From a virus, in IMG/VR virus record IMGVR_UViG_3300025881_000985, positions 130,557-194,556 of that record: a stretch of DNA of 64,000 nt; one strand, written 5' to 3'. The position numbers were made by a program, and so were the translations under genes. The first letter of the stretch is position 1. Each line of letters opens with the position of its first letter. Positions 35,662-47,100 of this stretch are shown here, one piece after another. The notes beneath the pieces were generated by a model. It did no database searches. It was not told the DNA's origin and saw nothing but the letters and a program-made list of their open reading frames with translations.

Positions 35662-37191
35662 TTACTGATCAACGACAAACCAAAAATCTCCATCAACTCC
35701 AGTAGCACTATCTGGCGTTTCTGTGGAAACAAATTTCTTAGATCCATGCCATTTTTCATCATTGATAATTGCCTGCGTAACAAACTCTGTATTTGCAATC
35801 TGCTGATCGCTTTGGTTTGCTGTTGCAGTAGGCGTTAATGGTTGACCTGCAAGTTGAGGTGATGCAAGAGGTGCTTTTGGTGTGATTTGAGCTATTACCT
35901 CAGATCTTACTTCGTTGTCTCTATTTTGTGCCCAGTTTTGTATTTCTGCTATAACTTGAGCTTTGATTGCTTGAACATAAGCCGTTGTTGCTAACTTTTG
36001 ACTGTTATCAGTTAGGTTTGGTGTTGCGGCTTGTGGTGTCCCAATGAACACTGGGGCATTCAATGGTGCTTTAGTATTCAATACTGTATTGATTGTTGAT
36101 ATATCTGCTGTATGACCTGATATAGTAGTTTCAGCTGAAATCAATCGAGTATTAATTCTACTAATAGTATTGTTTAATTCATCTTTAGCAGTGTTAATTG
36201 CTGTTGTATAATCTGCTGTAATATCACTTCTAACACTTGTAACATATCCTCTATGAGCAACTCCTTGCTCAGTTGAAGGTTGTGTACCAGCAAAACTTGG
36301 ACCCACTTGGATTTCTCCTGTGTTTCCTTGAATAGTCATTGCTCTAGTTCGTGTTCCATTAAAATTAATAAAGAATTCAAAATCAGCATTTAATTGTTCG
36401 TTATCAAAACTTATGCTTTTAATATTTTGATCAGTGTATATTCTACCGTGTGTAGTTCCACCAGATGCAATCTTTAATCCTTGAGATCCATTGATTGTTA
36501 CATTGGCATTGATTGTGCTATCTTGATTCTTTCTAACATATTCAGTTGCTAGTTGATTTCCCAATTTGGTTGAATCTTCGCTTATGCCGTGGAAATGAAA
36601 GTTTGGTGTTGATTTGTTAATATTAATTCCGTTTTTAATAGTATCAAATCCAACTAGTGCTGGTTGAGGAACAAATTCAGCATCTTGGTTAATAATTGCG
36701 GCAATAGTGCCGCCTGTAACTATTTTAAGAACAACGTGTGGAATAGTATTGTTGTCAGGTACAATAAAAGGTATACATCCTGACTCGCCCCAGTTCTTTT
36801 CATAATCTGGACCAATAACTTTAAAGCCTGATCCGCTGTATACTTTTAATTGATCTTTACCTGTGTCCCACCAAAAATCACCAACTGCTGGGTTTGCTGG
36901 TGTTTCAAGCGATATACTTTCAGATGCCAATGGCTTCCAACCTGCAGATGATCCTTTAAATACATAAAGTATCTTGTGTGCGGTATTATACCAAACTTGC
37001 CCAGTAACTGGTCCAACTGGAGCACTAGGGGAAGCAAAGTTTTCAGCTAATTTGTATGTATTTTCGTTTAAGACTTTACCATAACCTGCAAAGTTACGCC
37101 CTGCAAGAATAACAGGTGCGTCATTAACTGTGGTAGTTGTACCATCAGCTAGTGTAGTAAATAAGTCTCCGTTACTCTTGTAAATATCCAT
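35662..37191 (-). CDS. Tail fibre protein (shared N-terminal anchor, coiled coil, LASP.F.G.P..PT repeats)
   Basis: GRNFAGYG...ENF...GQVWYN. Two APL..P...G.P...T repeats typical of fibres. Confidence 0.7.
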   Translation of the reverse strand: MDIYKSNGDLFTTLADGTTTTVNDAPVILAGRNFAGYGKVLNENTYKLAENFASPSAPVGPVTGQVWYNTAHKILYVFKGSSAGWKPLASESISLETPANPAVGDFWWDTGKDQLKVYSGSGFKVIGPDYEKNWGESGCIPFIVPDNNTIPHVVLKIVTGGTIAAIINQDAEFVPQPALVGFDTIKNGININKSTPNFHFHGISEDSTKLGNQLATEYVRKNQDSTINANVTINGSQGLKIASGGTTHGRIYTDQNIKSISFDNEQLNADFEFFINFNGTRTRAMTIQGNTGEIQVGPSFAGTQPSTEQGVAHRGYVTSVRSDITADYTTAINTAKDELNNTISRINTRLISAETTISGHTADISTINTVLNTKAPLNAPVFIGTPQAATPNLTDNSQKLATTAYVQAIKAQVIAEIQNWAQNRDNEVRSEVIAQITPKAPLASPQLAGQPLTPTATANQSDQQIANTEFVTQAIINDEKWHGSKKFVSTETPDSATGVDGDFWFVVDQ

Positions 37192-37212
37192 TGATGCTCT
37201 CTATCTTTGTAG

Positions 37213-37220
37213 TATTTATG
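37213..37220 (-). promoter_or_regulatory. Late promoter CATAAATA
   Basis: 21 nt upstream of ATG 37191, overlapping the upstream stop. Confidence 0.55.
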
Positions 37221-37401
37221 TTATCTTATGAGACTTTGCTTGTGCAAGCCTAGGCATGCCTTCAAATAATTCAGGACCAAGAATTTTAATTAATGTAGTT
37301 GCATGTTCTTCGCGTACTGCTTCTCTGATATGTTCTTTTTCTACTTCTGATAGTGCATCATACCTACTTTTAACAGCTATTTTATATTCGTCGAATGTCA
37401 T
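37216..37401 (-). CDS. Hypothetical protein (61 aa)
   Basis: Start moved to ATG 37401 (AGGAGA SD). Confidence 0.65.
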   Translation of the reverse strand: MTFDEYKIAVKSRYDALSEVEKEHIREAVREEHATTLIKILGPELFEGMPRLAQAKSHKIT

Positions 37402-37446
37402 TGATTGATCTCCTATGTGATTGTACACAGTTCTCTTAATATAAAC

Positions 37447-37454
37447 TATTTATG
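37447..37454 (-). promoter_or_regulatory. Late promoter CATAAATA
   Basis: Intergenic, upstream of the 61-aa ORF. Confidence 0.5.
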
Positions 37455-37466
37455 GTCTTTTATTCA

Positions 37467-38582
37467 TCAAAAATCCAGGCCGCCGAAGTCGGAATCACCA
37501 GTGTTTGGATTGTTTGGTTCACGTACTGGCGGCGGTGGGGGTGGTGGGGGTGGATCAACATATTGAGCACTTGCAGGAGCATGGCCAAAAATACCATCGT
37601 TGGGTACAAAAGTTAAATCTGGTTCTTCACCGTAGTTGTTAACTATATTCCAAGATCCAGTGGCAAAATGATCGCCTTGTGTTTTTAAATAAGCTGATTG
37701 TATCTTTTTCCAATCTCCATTAATTTTTTGATGTGCAGTAACAATTTCTTGCCACTCACCTGATCTTTTGACGTGTCCAATCTTTCCAATTGTAAATTCT
37801 ATTTCAGCATAACCGTTGGCACCAAGTTCGTAATTAGTAAGTCCACCTTGACCGTATCTAAATGTTCCATCATCAAATTTGACTGGTGTACGACCAATTC
37901 CAAGTTCAGCGAACCCTCCACCGGTGGCACTTAATATGTATCCGCCGGAACTTCCACCGCCTCCACCAGAGACATTATCTGCACCAAAGTGTCCGCCGCG
38001 TCCAGAGTTTGGGCCGCCACCACCGCCTCCGCCTCCGGCGCCATTGCCAATCATTTCCTGTCCTTGTTGACCGGGGCCAAATGCGTAATCACCAGGTGTT
38101 GTGGTTCCATGGCCGCCTGCGTGTCCAACACTTGCACCTCCACCACCACCGCCGCCTCCTGCGGCGGCAAGAACTAGGTTATTAACTAATACTAAACTTG
38201 CACCTCCGCCGGCGCCACCTCTACCCATAGAATTATTAGAGTTTTTGTGCCCGTGCCAGCCGCCAGCACCTCCAGATGTTTTAAAACCGTTTTCTTCGTA
38301 TAAGGACTTACCACCTAGTGCTAAGTTACTTCCAGGATGGGAGCCAGATTGTCCGCCGCCTGCACCTACAGCAACTGTCATAGTTATATGTTTTTTTAGA
38401 TAAAATAAATTGGTTCTTATATGAACTCCAGCCGCACCACTTCCACCTGCTTGACCAGTACTATTGGCACCGGCCCCGCCGCCGCCTCCCCATAATCGTA
38501 CTTTTGCATATGCTTCTATTCCTTCAGGAAGAGTAATAGTGTAAACACCTGGATGCGGAAAAGTAATTAATTTTCTAGACAC
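37467..38582 (-). CDS. Glycine-rich tail/receptor-binding-like protein
   Basis: LWGGGGGAG, AGGGGGGG repeats, NGYAEI. Pro-rich C-terminus. GTG start. Confidence 0.65.
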   Translation of the reverse strand: MSRKLITFPHPGVYTITLPEGIEAYAKVRLWGGGGGAGANSTGQAGGSGAAGVHIRTNLFYLKKHITMTVAVGAGGGQSGSHPGSNLALGGKSLYEENGFKTSGGAGGWHGHKNSNNSMGRGGAGGGASLVLVNNLVLAAAGGGGGGGGASVGHAGGHGTTTPGDYAFGPGQQGQEMIGNGAGGGGGGGGPNSGRGGHFGADNVSGGGGGSSGGYILSATGGGFAELGIGRTPVKFDDGTFRYGQGGLTNYELGANGYAEIEFTIGKIGHVKRSGEWQEIVTAHQKINGDWKKIQSAYLKTQGDHFATGSWNIVNNYGEEPDLTFVPNDGIFGHAPASAQYVDPPPPPPPPPVREPNNPNTGDSDFGGLDF

Positions 38583-38596
38583 TTAGTTGATCCTAT

Positions 38597-40405
38597 TTAC
38601 GAATTTAGTCGAACAATAGCTTCAATTGTTCCAAAGGCCTCATCATCTTTATTTTCTAAACTGCGACCAATAACATTCAAGTTTGTTATTTCTTCTTTAG
38701 TCGCTCCTTTTGCAATGCCATTGCCGGCACTTATAAGTCTTTGACCTTTTTTAACTTTGCCTACTACTTTAACAGGAACTCTTCCGCTAACAGCTACAGC
38801 CGGGTGTGTTCCGTTTGTACCTGCACCGGCATTCATTAAATGTGCTGGTTTAGTACTAATAACTCCAAATACTTCTTCACTGGCTTCTTCAACTGCCGCT
38901 GTAATTTCATTTACACCGCCTAACGCAACCACTGTGCCTGCATCATATAAACCATCTGCATGAAAACGTTCTGCAACGTCAGCGTATTGTGCAGTAGTGG
39001 AAGTTCCGTTGAATGTGCCAGCATAGACTGTACTAAAAGTCTTAGATGACGATCCAAGATCCAGTGTACCATCAGCAATAGGAACTATGTTACCAGTTAG
39101 TGCGGCCGTTCCAGCTAGTGGAATAGACGTGTTTCCAGTTAAGTCTGCGTAAGCACCAGTTGTGGCTACCGTAGCAAAGGCTGGCTGATTGATTAAATCT
39201 CCATAATCTCCTGTGGTAGCCACAGTAGCGAAAGATGGTTTTCCAGTAATTTCTGTCCATGCATTTGATCCTGCTGGTCCTTCAGGTCCAACTGGTCCTT
39301 CAACTCCTTGAACTCCTTGTGGTCCAGTTGCTCCCTGAGCTCCTGTGGCTCCTTGTGATCCAGTAAGTCCAGTTGGTCCTTGTGGTCCTGCCGGTCCTTG
39401 TGGTCCAGTTGCTCCTGTGGGTCCTGCAACTCCTTGACTACCTGTTGGTCCAGCATCTCCTTGAGAGCCAGTGGGTCCTGCTGGTCCTTGTGGTCCGGTT
39501 GGTCCTGCAATTCCTTGCGGTCCTGTGGGTCCAGTTGGTCCTTGAATACTACCAACATTCTCCCAAGCTGTTCCATTCCATACATATAAACTACCACTGA
39601 TTAAATATCCATCTCCAAGTGTACCTAATGCGGGTAAATCAACCTCAGCCGCTACGCTTCCAAGAATAGTAATACTAGTACCATCAGTACCTTCAGCACC
39701 AGTTGCACCTTGTGGTCCAGTAGCACCTTGTATTCCTTGTTCGCCTTGTATTCCTTGAATACCTCTAAGTCCTTGTACACCAGCTGATCCTGCTGGGCCT
39801 GCAACTCCTTGTGGTCCTTGGTCTCCAGTAGAGCCTTGCGGTCCAGCTGGGCCTGTAGGTCCTTGTACTTCACCAACATTAGTCCAACGCTCAGTGTCCC
39901 AAATATGTAAGTCACCGTCAATTAAGTATGCATCGCCTGCAACTTGTCCTGATGTAGGTAGCTGGGCTACATTGGTTAGTGTTCCTTTAATAAAGACACT
40001 TGCTAATCTAGATAAATCAGTTGGACCAATTAATGTCCAACTTGTACCATTCCACATATAAAATTCGTTTTGATCAGTGTTGAACCATTGGTCGCCAATA
40101 TTAGTATTTAAAGGCCTGCCTAATTCACCTGCCACTGTCAAGTTACTAATTGGTTTAAAAACACTACCGTTGTAATATTTCAAAGAACCAGTTGCTGTAT
40201 CATACCAAAGTTGCCCTGTCATTGCTTGACTAGGTCTTGTTGAATTTGCAAAGTTCTCTAACAACTTAATAAAGTTTTCTTGTTGGATTTCGCCATAGCC
40301 GATATAATTTCGACCAACCAGCGACAATCCTGTACTATTATCCAATGCACCATCGGGTAAGTTAATTAATATATCACCATTGGTTCTGTTTATAACGTAT
40401 GACAT
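38597..40405 (-). CDS. Collagen-like tail fibre with shared N-terminal anchor and C-terminal peptidase-G2/chaperone-like domain
   Basis: Two Gly-X-Y blocks. LVGRNYIGYG...ENF...GQLWYD. QYADVAERF...SGRVPV. Confidence 0.8.
   Translation of the reverse strand: MSYVINRTNGDILINLPDGALDNSTGLSLVGRNYIGYGEIQQENFIKLLENFANSTRPSQAMTGQLWYDTATGSLKYYNGSVFKPISNLTVAGELGRPLNTNIGDQWFNTDQNEFYMWNGTSWTLIGPTDLSRLASVFIKGTLTNVAQLPTSGQVAGDAYLIDGDLHIWDTERWTNVGEVQGPTGPAGPQGSTGDQGPQGVAGPAGSAGVQGLRGIQGIQGEQGIQGATGPQGATGAEGTDGTSITILGSVAAEVDLPALGTLGDGYLISGSLYVWNGTAWENVGSIQGPTGPTGPQGIAGPTGPQGPAGPTGSQGDAGPTGSQGVAGPTGATGPQGPAGPQGPTGLTGSQGATGAQGATGPQGVQGVEGPVGPEGPAGSNAWTEITGKPSFATVATTGDYGDLINQPAFATVATTGAYADLTGNTSIPLAGTAALTGNIVPIADGTLDLGSSSKTFSTVYAGTFNGTSTTAQYADVAERFHADGLYDAGTVVALGGVNEITAAVEEASEEVFGVISTKPAHLMNAGAGTNGTHPAVAVSGRVPVKVVGKVKKGQRLISAGNGIAKGATKEEITNLNVIGRSLENKDDEAFGTIEAIVRLNS
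39268..39866 (-). repeat. Collagen Gly-X-Y coding repeats (about 20 and 30 triplets)
   Basis: ggtcct/ggacca 9-nt periodicity, interrupted by one globular insert. Confidence 0.9.
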
Positions 40406-40418
40406 TTTATTCTATTCC

Positions 40419-41117
40419 TCAACTAATACTACTTAGATTTGTTAATGTTTGAATTCTAACAGTATAATCGATTTGGATAAGTCTATTCAATGACTTTTGC
40501 ACGGGGTGAAACACAACGTGAGTAAGTAGTTTGCCTGTTGTTGTTAATCCGCTTGTACCATCTGTACTCCTGGCTCTTAGACCTAATTCATCAAACACAT
40601 AATCTCCGTTTAAATCTTGTACGTTATCAAATGCACTTTGATCACTTGGTTCACCATAATCAAGTAAGCATGTTACTAATATATCTGTATATGGCTGACC
40701 TGGTGTGTGTCTAATTTCCATTTTATTCCTTGTTGCATCAAGGTTGTTACTGTCTGTATCGTCTACAATTTTACTGTATGTTGGATTGTATAAACTACTG
40801 TTCTGTGCATTGGTGTTTGCAGGGTTGTATGTAATAACACCAGTAGCATTAACAGTTGTGCCACCATTTCCAAAATGCATTTCGTAAACGTAATTACTAT
40901 TTTTATTTGCTAAATTGAACGCTAGTGCTTCACTTATGTTTTCATAATGAATTGCATTACGTTTATTAACAAATACTTCACCAGAATCTGGATCGTGTAT
41001 TTTGATATGCCCTTGAAGATGGAAACCACCTTGTTCGTCGGGCACTCTAGTTGTTTTTGTATCATTTTTCATATTATCAGTATCCTGCTCTACTGTTGTA
41101 TTATCATTATTTATCAT
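40419..41117 (-). CDS. Virion/baseplate structural protein
   Basis: 232 aa, coupled to the giant wedge gene. FGNGG, LLDYGEP, FDELGL, HPVQKSLNR motifs. Confidence 0.6.
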   Translation of the reverse strand: MINNDNTTVEQDTDNMKNDTKTTRVPDEQGGFHLQGHIKIHDPDSGEVFVNKRNAIHYENISEALAFNLANKNSNYVYEMHFGNGGTTVNATGVITYNPANTNAQNSSLYNPTYSKIVDDTDSNNLDATRNKMEIRHTPGQPYTDILVTCLLDYGEPSDQSAFDNVQDLNGDYVFDELGLRARSTDGTSGLTTTGKLLTHVVFHPVQKSLNRLIQIDYTVRIQTLTNLSSIS

Positions 41118-44100
41118 GGGTTATAAGCCGTTGCTTTGGATAAGAAAGTGGCTTGCTCAGATGCACCTCCACCCGACGAAATACTAATACTGTAATCGAA
41201 TGGTGCATCACCTGGATCACTGTCTGCATCGTTTGGACTATCTGGGAAACTTTGGTTGAATGCATAACCAAATCCTGGACCAATGTAGTCAAAATCGCCA
41301 ACTTCAATAAATCCAAATTCATTCAAACCATTCATCCAGTCTGTGTGATCTGAATTGTCTGGTAATGATTGTAAGTATCCTAGATCGTCTGCTCTAGTAC
41401 CGACTGCGATAGTAGCCGGTACACTAGTTCCTAGTACACCTCTGCGTATTCTACCAACGGTATTATTAACAGTATCTTTTTCATAGTAGTATATGATTTC
41501 TCCCTGACAATACAGTACTCCTGGTTTTCCAAGTCCTGGGTCTGGGTCTGGAATTTTACTAACATCTTGTAGATGTAGTGTAGTATCCGACCAATCAAAG
41601 GGTTGTGTTAATACTGTTGAACGTGCTTCTGCAATTCTATAATACTTACGTGAAGTTTCTGGAGCAAATTTAACCGGACATGTTCCTGTATTACTTTCAA
41701 CATTGACCTGTTGCCATATAATTGGCATACTTAATGGTGTACTACCTAACGTTTCTGAAATCTGTGTTAATCCTAACCAAAAAGCTGGTTGGTTGGCTGG
41801 AGTTGATCCAGCTACTGCCCAATTAAAGCCATTCCAGTAATAATAGTTTGATTGATCTGTAACAAAATGTACATCACTTTCAAGTTGGTCAGTTGATGGC
41901 AATGAAGCTATATCAGCAACTTCTGTTTTGTAATTAAATCCACGTCGTGATTTATAAAGTGTTCCATTGTATACAATGCTATCACCTTTTCTATAGACAG
42001 ACTTGGGTACCCAAGTGTCAGCACTTGCAACTAGCCATGCATTGTCAGTATCTTTCCAGTAATAGTGTGTTGATTCTGCTGTTACGTAGTACAGATCAAA
42101 ATCTATATTTGATGCTGACACCGGTAAGTCTGCTGTTTGTGCTACTGTGCCTTTATGATCTATTTTATGCCTGGTTACATATGTATGTCCATTATAGGTA
42201 GCGTATGCCGTTTTGTCATAATCAGCATCACTATTCCATGCAACCGGAGGCTTCCAAACAAATCTCCAACGTGCATTAGTATCTGGTGTTAATGTAAGTT
42301 TATTTTTAACATCTGCAATAGCAACATAATAAATTCCGTTGTATTTTACATAATCGCCTTTGTTGTATGTTATAGACGAAGTCCAATCGGTTGGACATAA
42401 CTCTTGACTTCCAGTTAAATCATGCACAACTCTATATCCTAGTGGAGGTCCACTAACTATTGCACCTGTGTTATCTGTTACTCTTGTAAACACACTTAAA
42501 ATTAATGTATCAAAATTAATTCCTGGAACTAATTCTTCTGGGGCATGCGAGCTATACTTGTCAACAAATGCTCCACCGTCAATGCTGATATCTTCAGCAC
42601 GAGTACCCAAAGCAGTATCAAGATACGTACTTTGAATGTATGAGTCAATAAAGTCTCCTGCAACATTTTCATCACTAAATTTTAACCCTGTGACTATTAC
42701 ACCTGGGTAGTTGATACCAATGATCAAGTTTGTAAGTAAATCTTCACCAGCTACTCCATCTTCATTGACATAGTACGCAACAATTCTATCAAGTGCGTTT
42801 CCATATTCATGACTTAGTTGTGTAAAAAATCTAAAATCAAATATTGTACTTGCTGGTACATCTTGCGTGGCTTGGTAAATTTCGTTTTGGTAATAAACAT
42901 AATCACCAGACACAACATCTAATGTAGATGTCCATTTAACCAAGTTACTTCTATATGTTGTTCTATCAAATTTAATTGTAGTGTTTAGTCCTCTAACTTT
43001 GTTATTAACCATAACAGGATATGCTTTGCCACCTGTTCCGTTACCGTTAATGTTAATGATTGGACTAGAATTAAATGTGTATGTTCCACTGAATGTAATA
43101 CTTGTAACTTTTCCTGTTGATGGATTAATCTTAGCAATTGGTTTAACACTAGACAATGCTCCAGTTACACCATCGTTAACTGTAACAACCGGAGGAACTG
43201 TATAGCCTTCTCCACCTTGTGCAACTTGAATACTTTCAAGTGTCAATGCTTTATTTGATACCCAATCCTGGTATTGTGTTTGCTCAAGTAATGTATTATC
43301 ATTGATACCTTCTCCTGACGGACTACGGAAAGCATCAATAGTTTCCTCGTAGTATGAAGGTAAATCAAAGTCTGACACGTTGCCAAAGAAAGTATCGTTA
43401 CCAGCATAACTAATTAAATATTCACGTATCTTACTTCTATACGGTTTAACCTCATTGATATAATCAATGTAATAATTTTGATTGTCTTTAACATAACTTG
43501 GATACTGAGTTAATTCACGTAACTGATGGAAAACAGTTATGAAACTGGTTTTAAATATCCAGTCAGTATTTCTTTGTGTGTAAAGAATATAGTAAACCAA
43601 TGTAAAGAATAACTTGTTAAACTCTTCACGTAGTTCACCAATGTAGATATCAAATCTAAGTGCATTAAAGATATTGCGTATTTCAACACTAGGATTAATA
43701 TCAAATCTTTCACTGTCAAAGTTTTCAGTAGCAAATCCTAATGTATACTTTGAACTATCATAAAGTTTATCTGTTATTTGAACTGTTCCGTTACCAAGAC
43801 CAATTAATGTTAGATTATTAACGTCGTTGTAATTTATAGTCCTGTATAGTGTAAATGTCCCAATTTGGTTGTATCTAACTTTAATAACACTTCCTGCTGG
43901 AACTAGACTTAGTTTTTTAACATCTGCTTCGTAATCAACAGTATAGTCTGGCCTATTTGTTACTGACCAACCTTCAGCGTACCAATCAACATAATCCCAA
44001 AAGAAATTTGTATCATATGATTGTACTCTAGTTAAAACAAAATCATTTGCACTGTTCAATGTATATATTGACCAACGGTTTTCAATCGTACTATCAACCT

Positions 44101-47100
44101 TAACATATACTCTATGTCCTGCAGATAATGCTGTTAAATCAAGATATGCTAATTCATCATAAATGTCAACCACTGAATCAAATTCAGTTACTCCTGGTAC
44201 AGGCTCAGAACTAAGTAGTCTAGTTAAAATCTTTTGTTGTCTAATAGGATGTTTTATTAATACAGCATTGGCTGAACCAACAAAGTTTTTTAGTGCTTCT
44301 TGTCTATTAATAATCATTGTCTGTCGAGGTCTAACATTGATGCCGTAACGATCCTGCTCAAGTAATCCAGAGTCTGGAACAACAAAACCTGATGAATCTT
44401 CACCTGCTAAACTATCAATTAATTTACTAATAATACTTTCTGGAATATTACTATCAGGATTGCCTTCTTGTATCAATTCATATTCAGTGTGTACAGTATT
44501 AGAGTTGCGTATCTTATCGTAACGAATTTGTAAGACTGTGTCTGTACCACTTAGTTTATCATTTACATTGTATAAACTTATTGCGTTTTCTGCAACCAAT
44601 GCGGCATACGGAATACCTTGTAATTCAGGTTGCTCAATCATTTCTGCAATACCAACAATACTTCTAGTTTTGTTAATAGCACTATTTTTATTTGTTACCC
44701 AATAATAGTATTTTTCTTTAACAATTCCTGTGCTTTCGTCAACGGCAGTAGTAGTAACAAATGTTCCTTCGCCAGTATATTTTGGCACTCCGTCTGCATC
44801 AGTTAATGAAGTATATTCACTTGGCTTAACAGTACTTTCAATCCATTCGCTAACACTTACTACACTTCCTGGGAATAATTTACCCCAGTTCTTAATACGA
44901 TAAGTTAAGGAATCTTGTTCGTAGTCTACGTACCTAACCAAACTTAAATCCCACCAAGTTGTTCCAACTTGATCTTCACCCCAGTGCATGTTTTCGTCAA
45001 CCTGTACGTCAACTCTGCTACTTGGGTTAGTTGTATAAAAAGCAGGATCAGTTGCTGTTTTGTAATCAAGGTTTATTTCAGCTTGTCCTAGTACCTTTCC
45101 TTTAGCAGGATCAATATAATCAAAGTTTGAAATAATTGAATTTGATTCTTTGCTATATATCAACATACGACTTAGTGTATCAATATCAACATGTGTACCT
45201 TCTTGCCTTGTACGTGACCAGATTCTGGTGTTATTAGTTTTGTATAACCAAGCAGTACCACCATTGGGCACAATATTGTCATCACCTGGATCGCCTACAA
45301 TAATATATTGGTTTTTAAGATCAAGTCCCAGACCAAAGAAATCAAATCTACGATTCTTTATTAAGTCAAATTTCTGTGCAAATATTTGTAATCCTGTATT
45401 GGATACGTGAGTTTCTTTGTTTTCAAATAGTTCGTAAATGTATGCATTACTTCCAAAGATTTGATCAATAAATGCAGTACTGTTTCCATCAAATGTAGTA
45501 GTTGATTCTGTAGTATCTTCTGCTTTGTCAATTATTAATGCTTGTAATGTTTTACTATTTCCGCTTCCAATTAGTAGCGTTTCATCTGAGTCGCCAACGC
45601 TGATACTTAATCCAAAGCTCTCACTACGTGCTCCGCCTGGCACTGCAATAGTTTGTTCGTATTCAAATTTACCAATATCTAAATCATCACATATTGTATG
45701 ATCCATACCAGTAACAAATAGTTTGTTTCTTTTTAGTTTACTAGTGCTTTCAATAGTTAACAAACCATTGGCAATTGAACTGCTAATTCCTGGAATGCCG
45801 CTGGCATTAATCTGTTCACTCAATGTTTCAATTGAAGTGTCGTTTAGTGTAATTCTAAATCCATTAACGTACAAGTTGTCACCAGCAGTGAGTGATGGGT
45901 TTGCAACCTTAGCTGTTGCTTTACCAAGATATCTATTTTTCTTTGTGTATCTGTAAACCTTACCACTATCATAAAAACTTGTTTTATATCCTGGTGCAGT
46001 AACATAAACACCTGCACCACTAGAGTCAACTGCAATCTGCGATCCAAACAATGTATTAGCAATATTATCTTCGCTTGGAGCAGTAAGTTCTTGTACTTTG
46101 TCCCAATGTGTAGAACTAAATTTAATCTTTTGTCCTGATTCAACTGTTTCGGTTAAAATAATTTCTGACGTACTTGATAATGCATCTGTATAGCTTGTGC
46201 CATCAAGTAGTTCTTGTTCACCAACATAAACATTTGCCATGCTAGTAATATCAGGTGTTGGAGTATATGAAGTTGTGAGTGAATTAGATTTTTGGAATTC
46301 AACTCTTCGTTGATAGCAATATACTTTACCTGCGTCTGCTAAACCACCAACTGTTTCGCTTGGTGCTCCAACAAATAACTCTGACCCATCTTTGTTGCAA
46401 TAAAGAAACTTGCCAAACTCTGCATCTGCATTAATACCAGGTGTTCCTAACGATGGATCTGCTCCATTTATTGTATTTTGCTCTGCATAGTATGGTGCTT
46501 GTGTTATTTCAAGTGACGTTATATTAGTATCAATTGCAGGTATAATAGTAATTACACTACCAGTAATAGTATAATCAATACCTGGTGTTAGTATATTAGT
46601 AGCACTTGCTTTAACAACAACTGAATTAATATTAGTTGGTGTCCATCCTATGTCATATGTTTCGCCAGCACTAACACCGTCGTGTACCAACGCCGGAGTT
46701 GTACTTGAAGTCAATGTTATTTGATTGAATTCAACATTATTCTTTTTGTGATAAACATACACTTTGTTAGCATCTGGTGCACCAACAAAAATCCAATTAC
46801 TGTCTTCACTGATTCTGACAGCCTTACCAAACCCTTCGGTACTCGATGAACCGGCTGGTGCAGGTAATATTTGTACTCCGTGTTCTTTTTCACTAACTCT
46901 AAAGTTGTGTACAAACGCTATTCCTGGATCAGTTCTTGGTGCTCCAACAACACAAACATATCCACTTAGGTCTACAGCATCTCCATAACCAGTAAATGTT
47001 CCGGTGTGCTGATAAGGAATAAGTTTAGCTGTTTGTGCAAACTTGCCTTCCGGTAACAATGAGAATATATTAACACGACCGTTTTGTCCGTTTCCGGCGC

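Noticed and set aside
34056-39030. Duplicated fibre C-termini as a diversity-generating retroelement TR/VR pair
   Set aside because: Both copies are in-frame coding, differences look mostly synonymous rather than adenine-specific, and no reverse transcriptase is in the window
39193-39921. Alternative-frame and antisense ORFs over the collagen region
   Set aside because: By-products of Gly-X-Y codon periodicity (DHKDQ/VLLV patterns)
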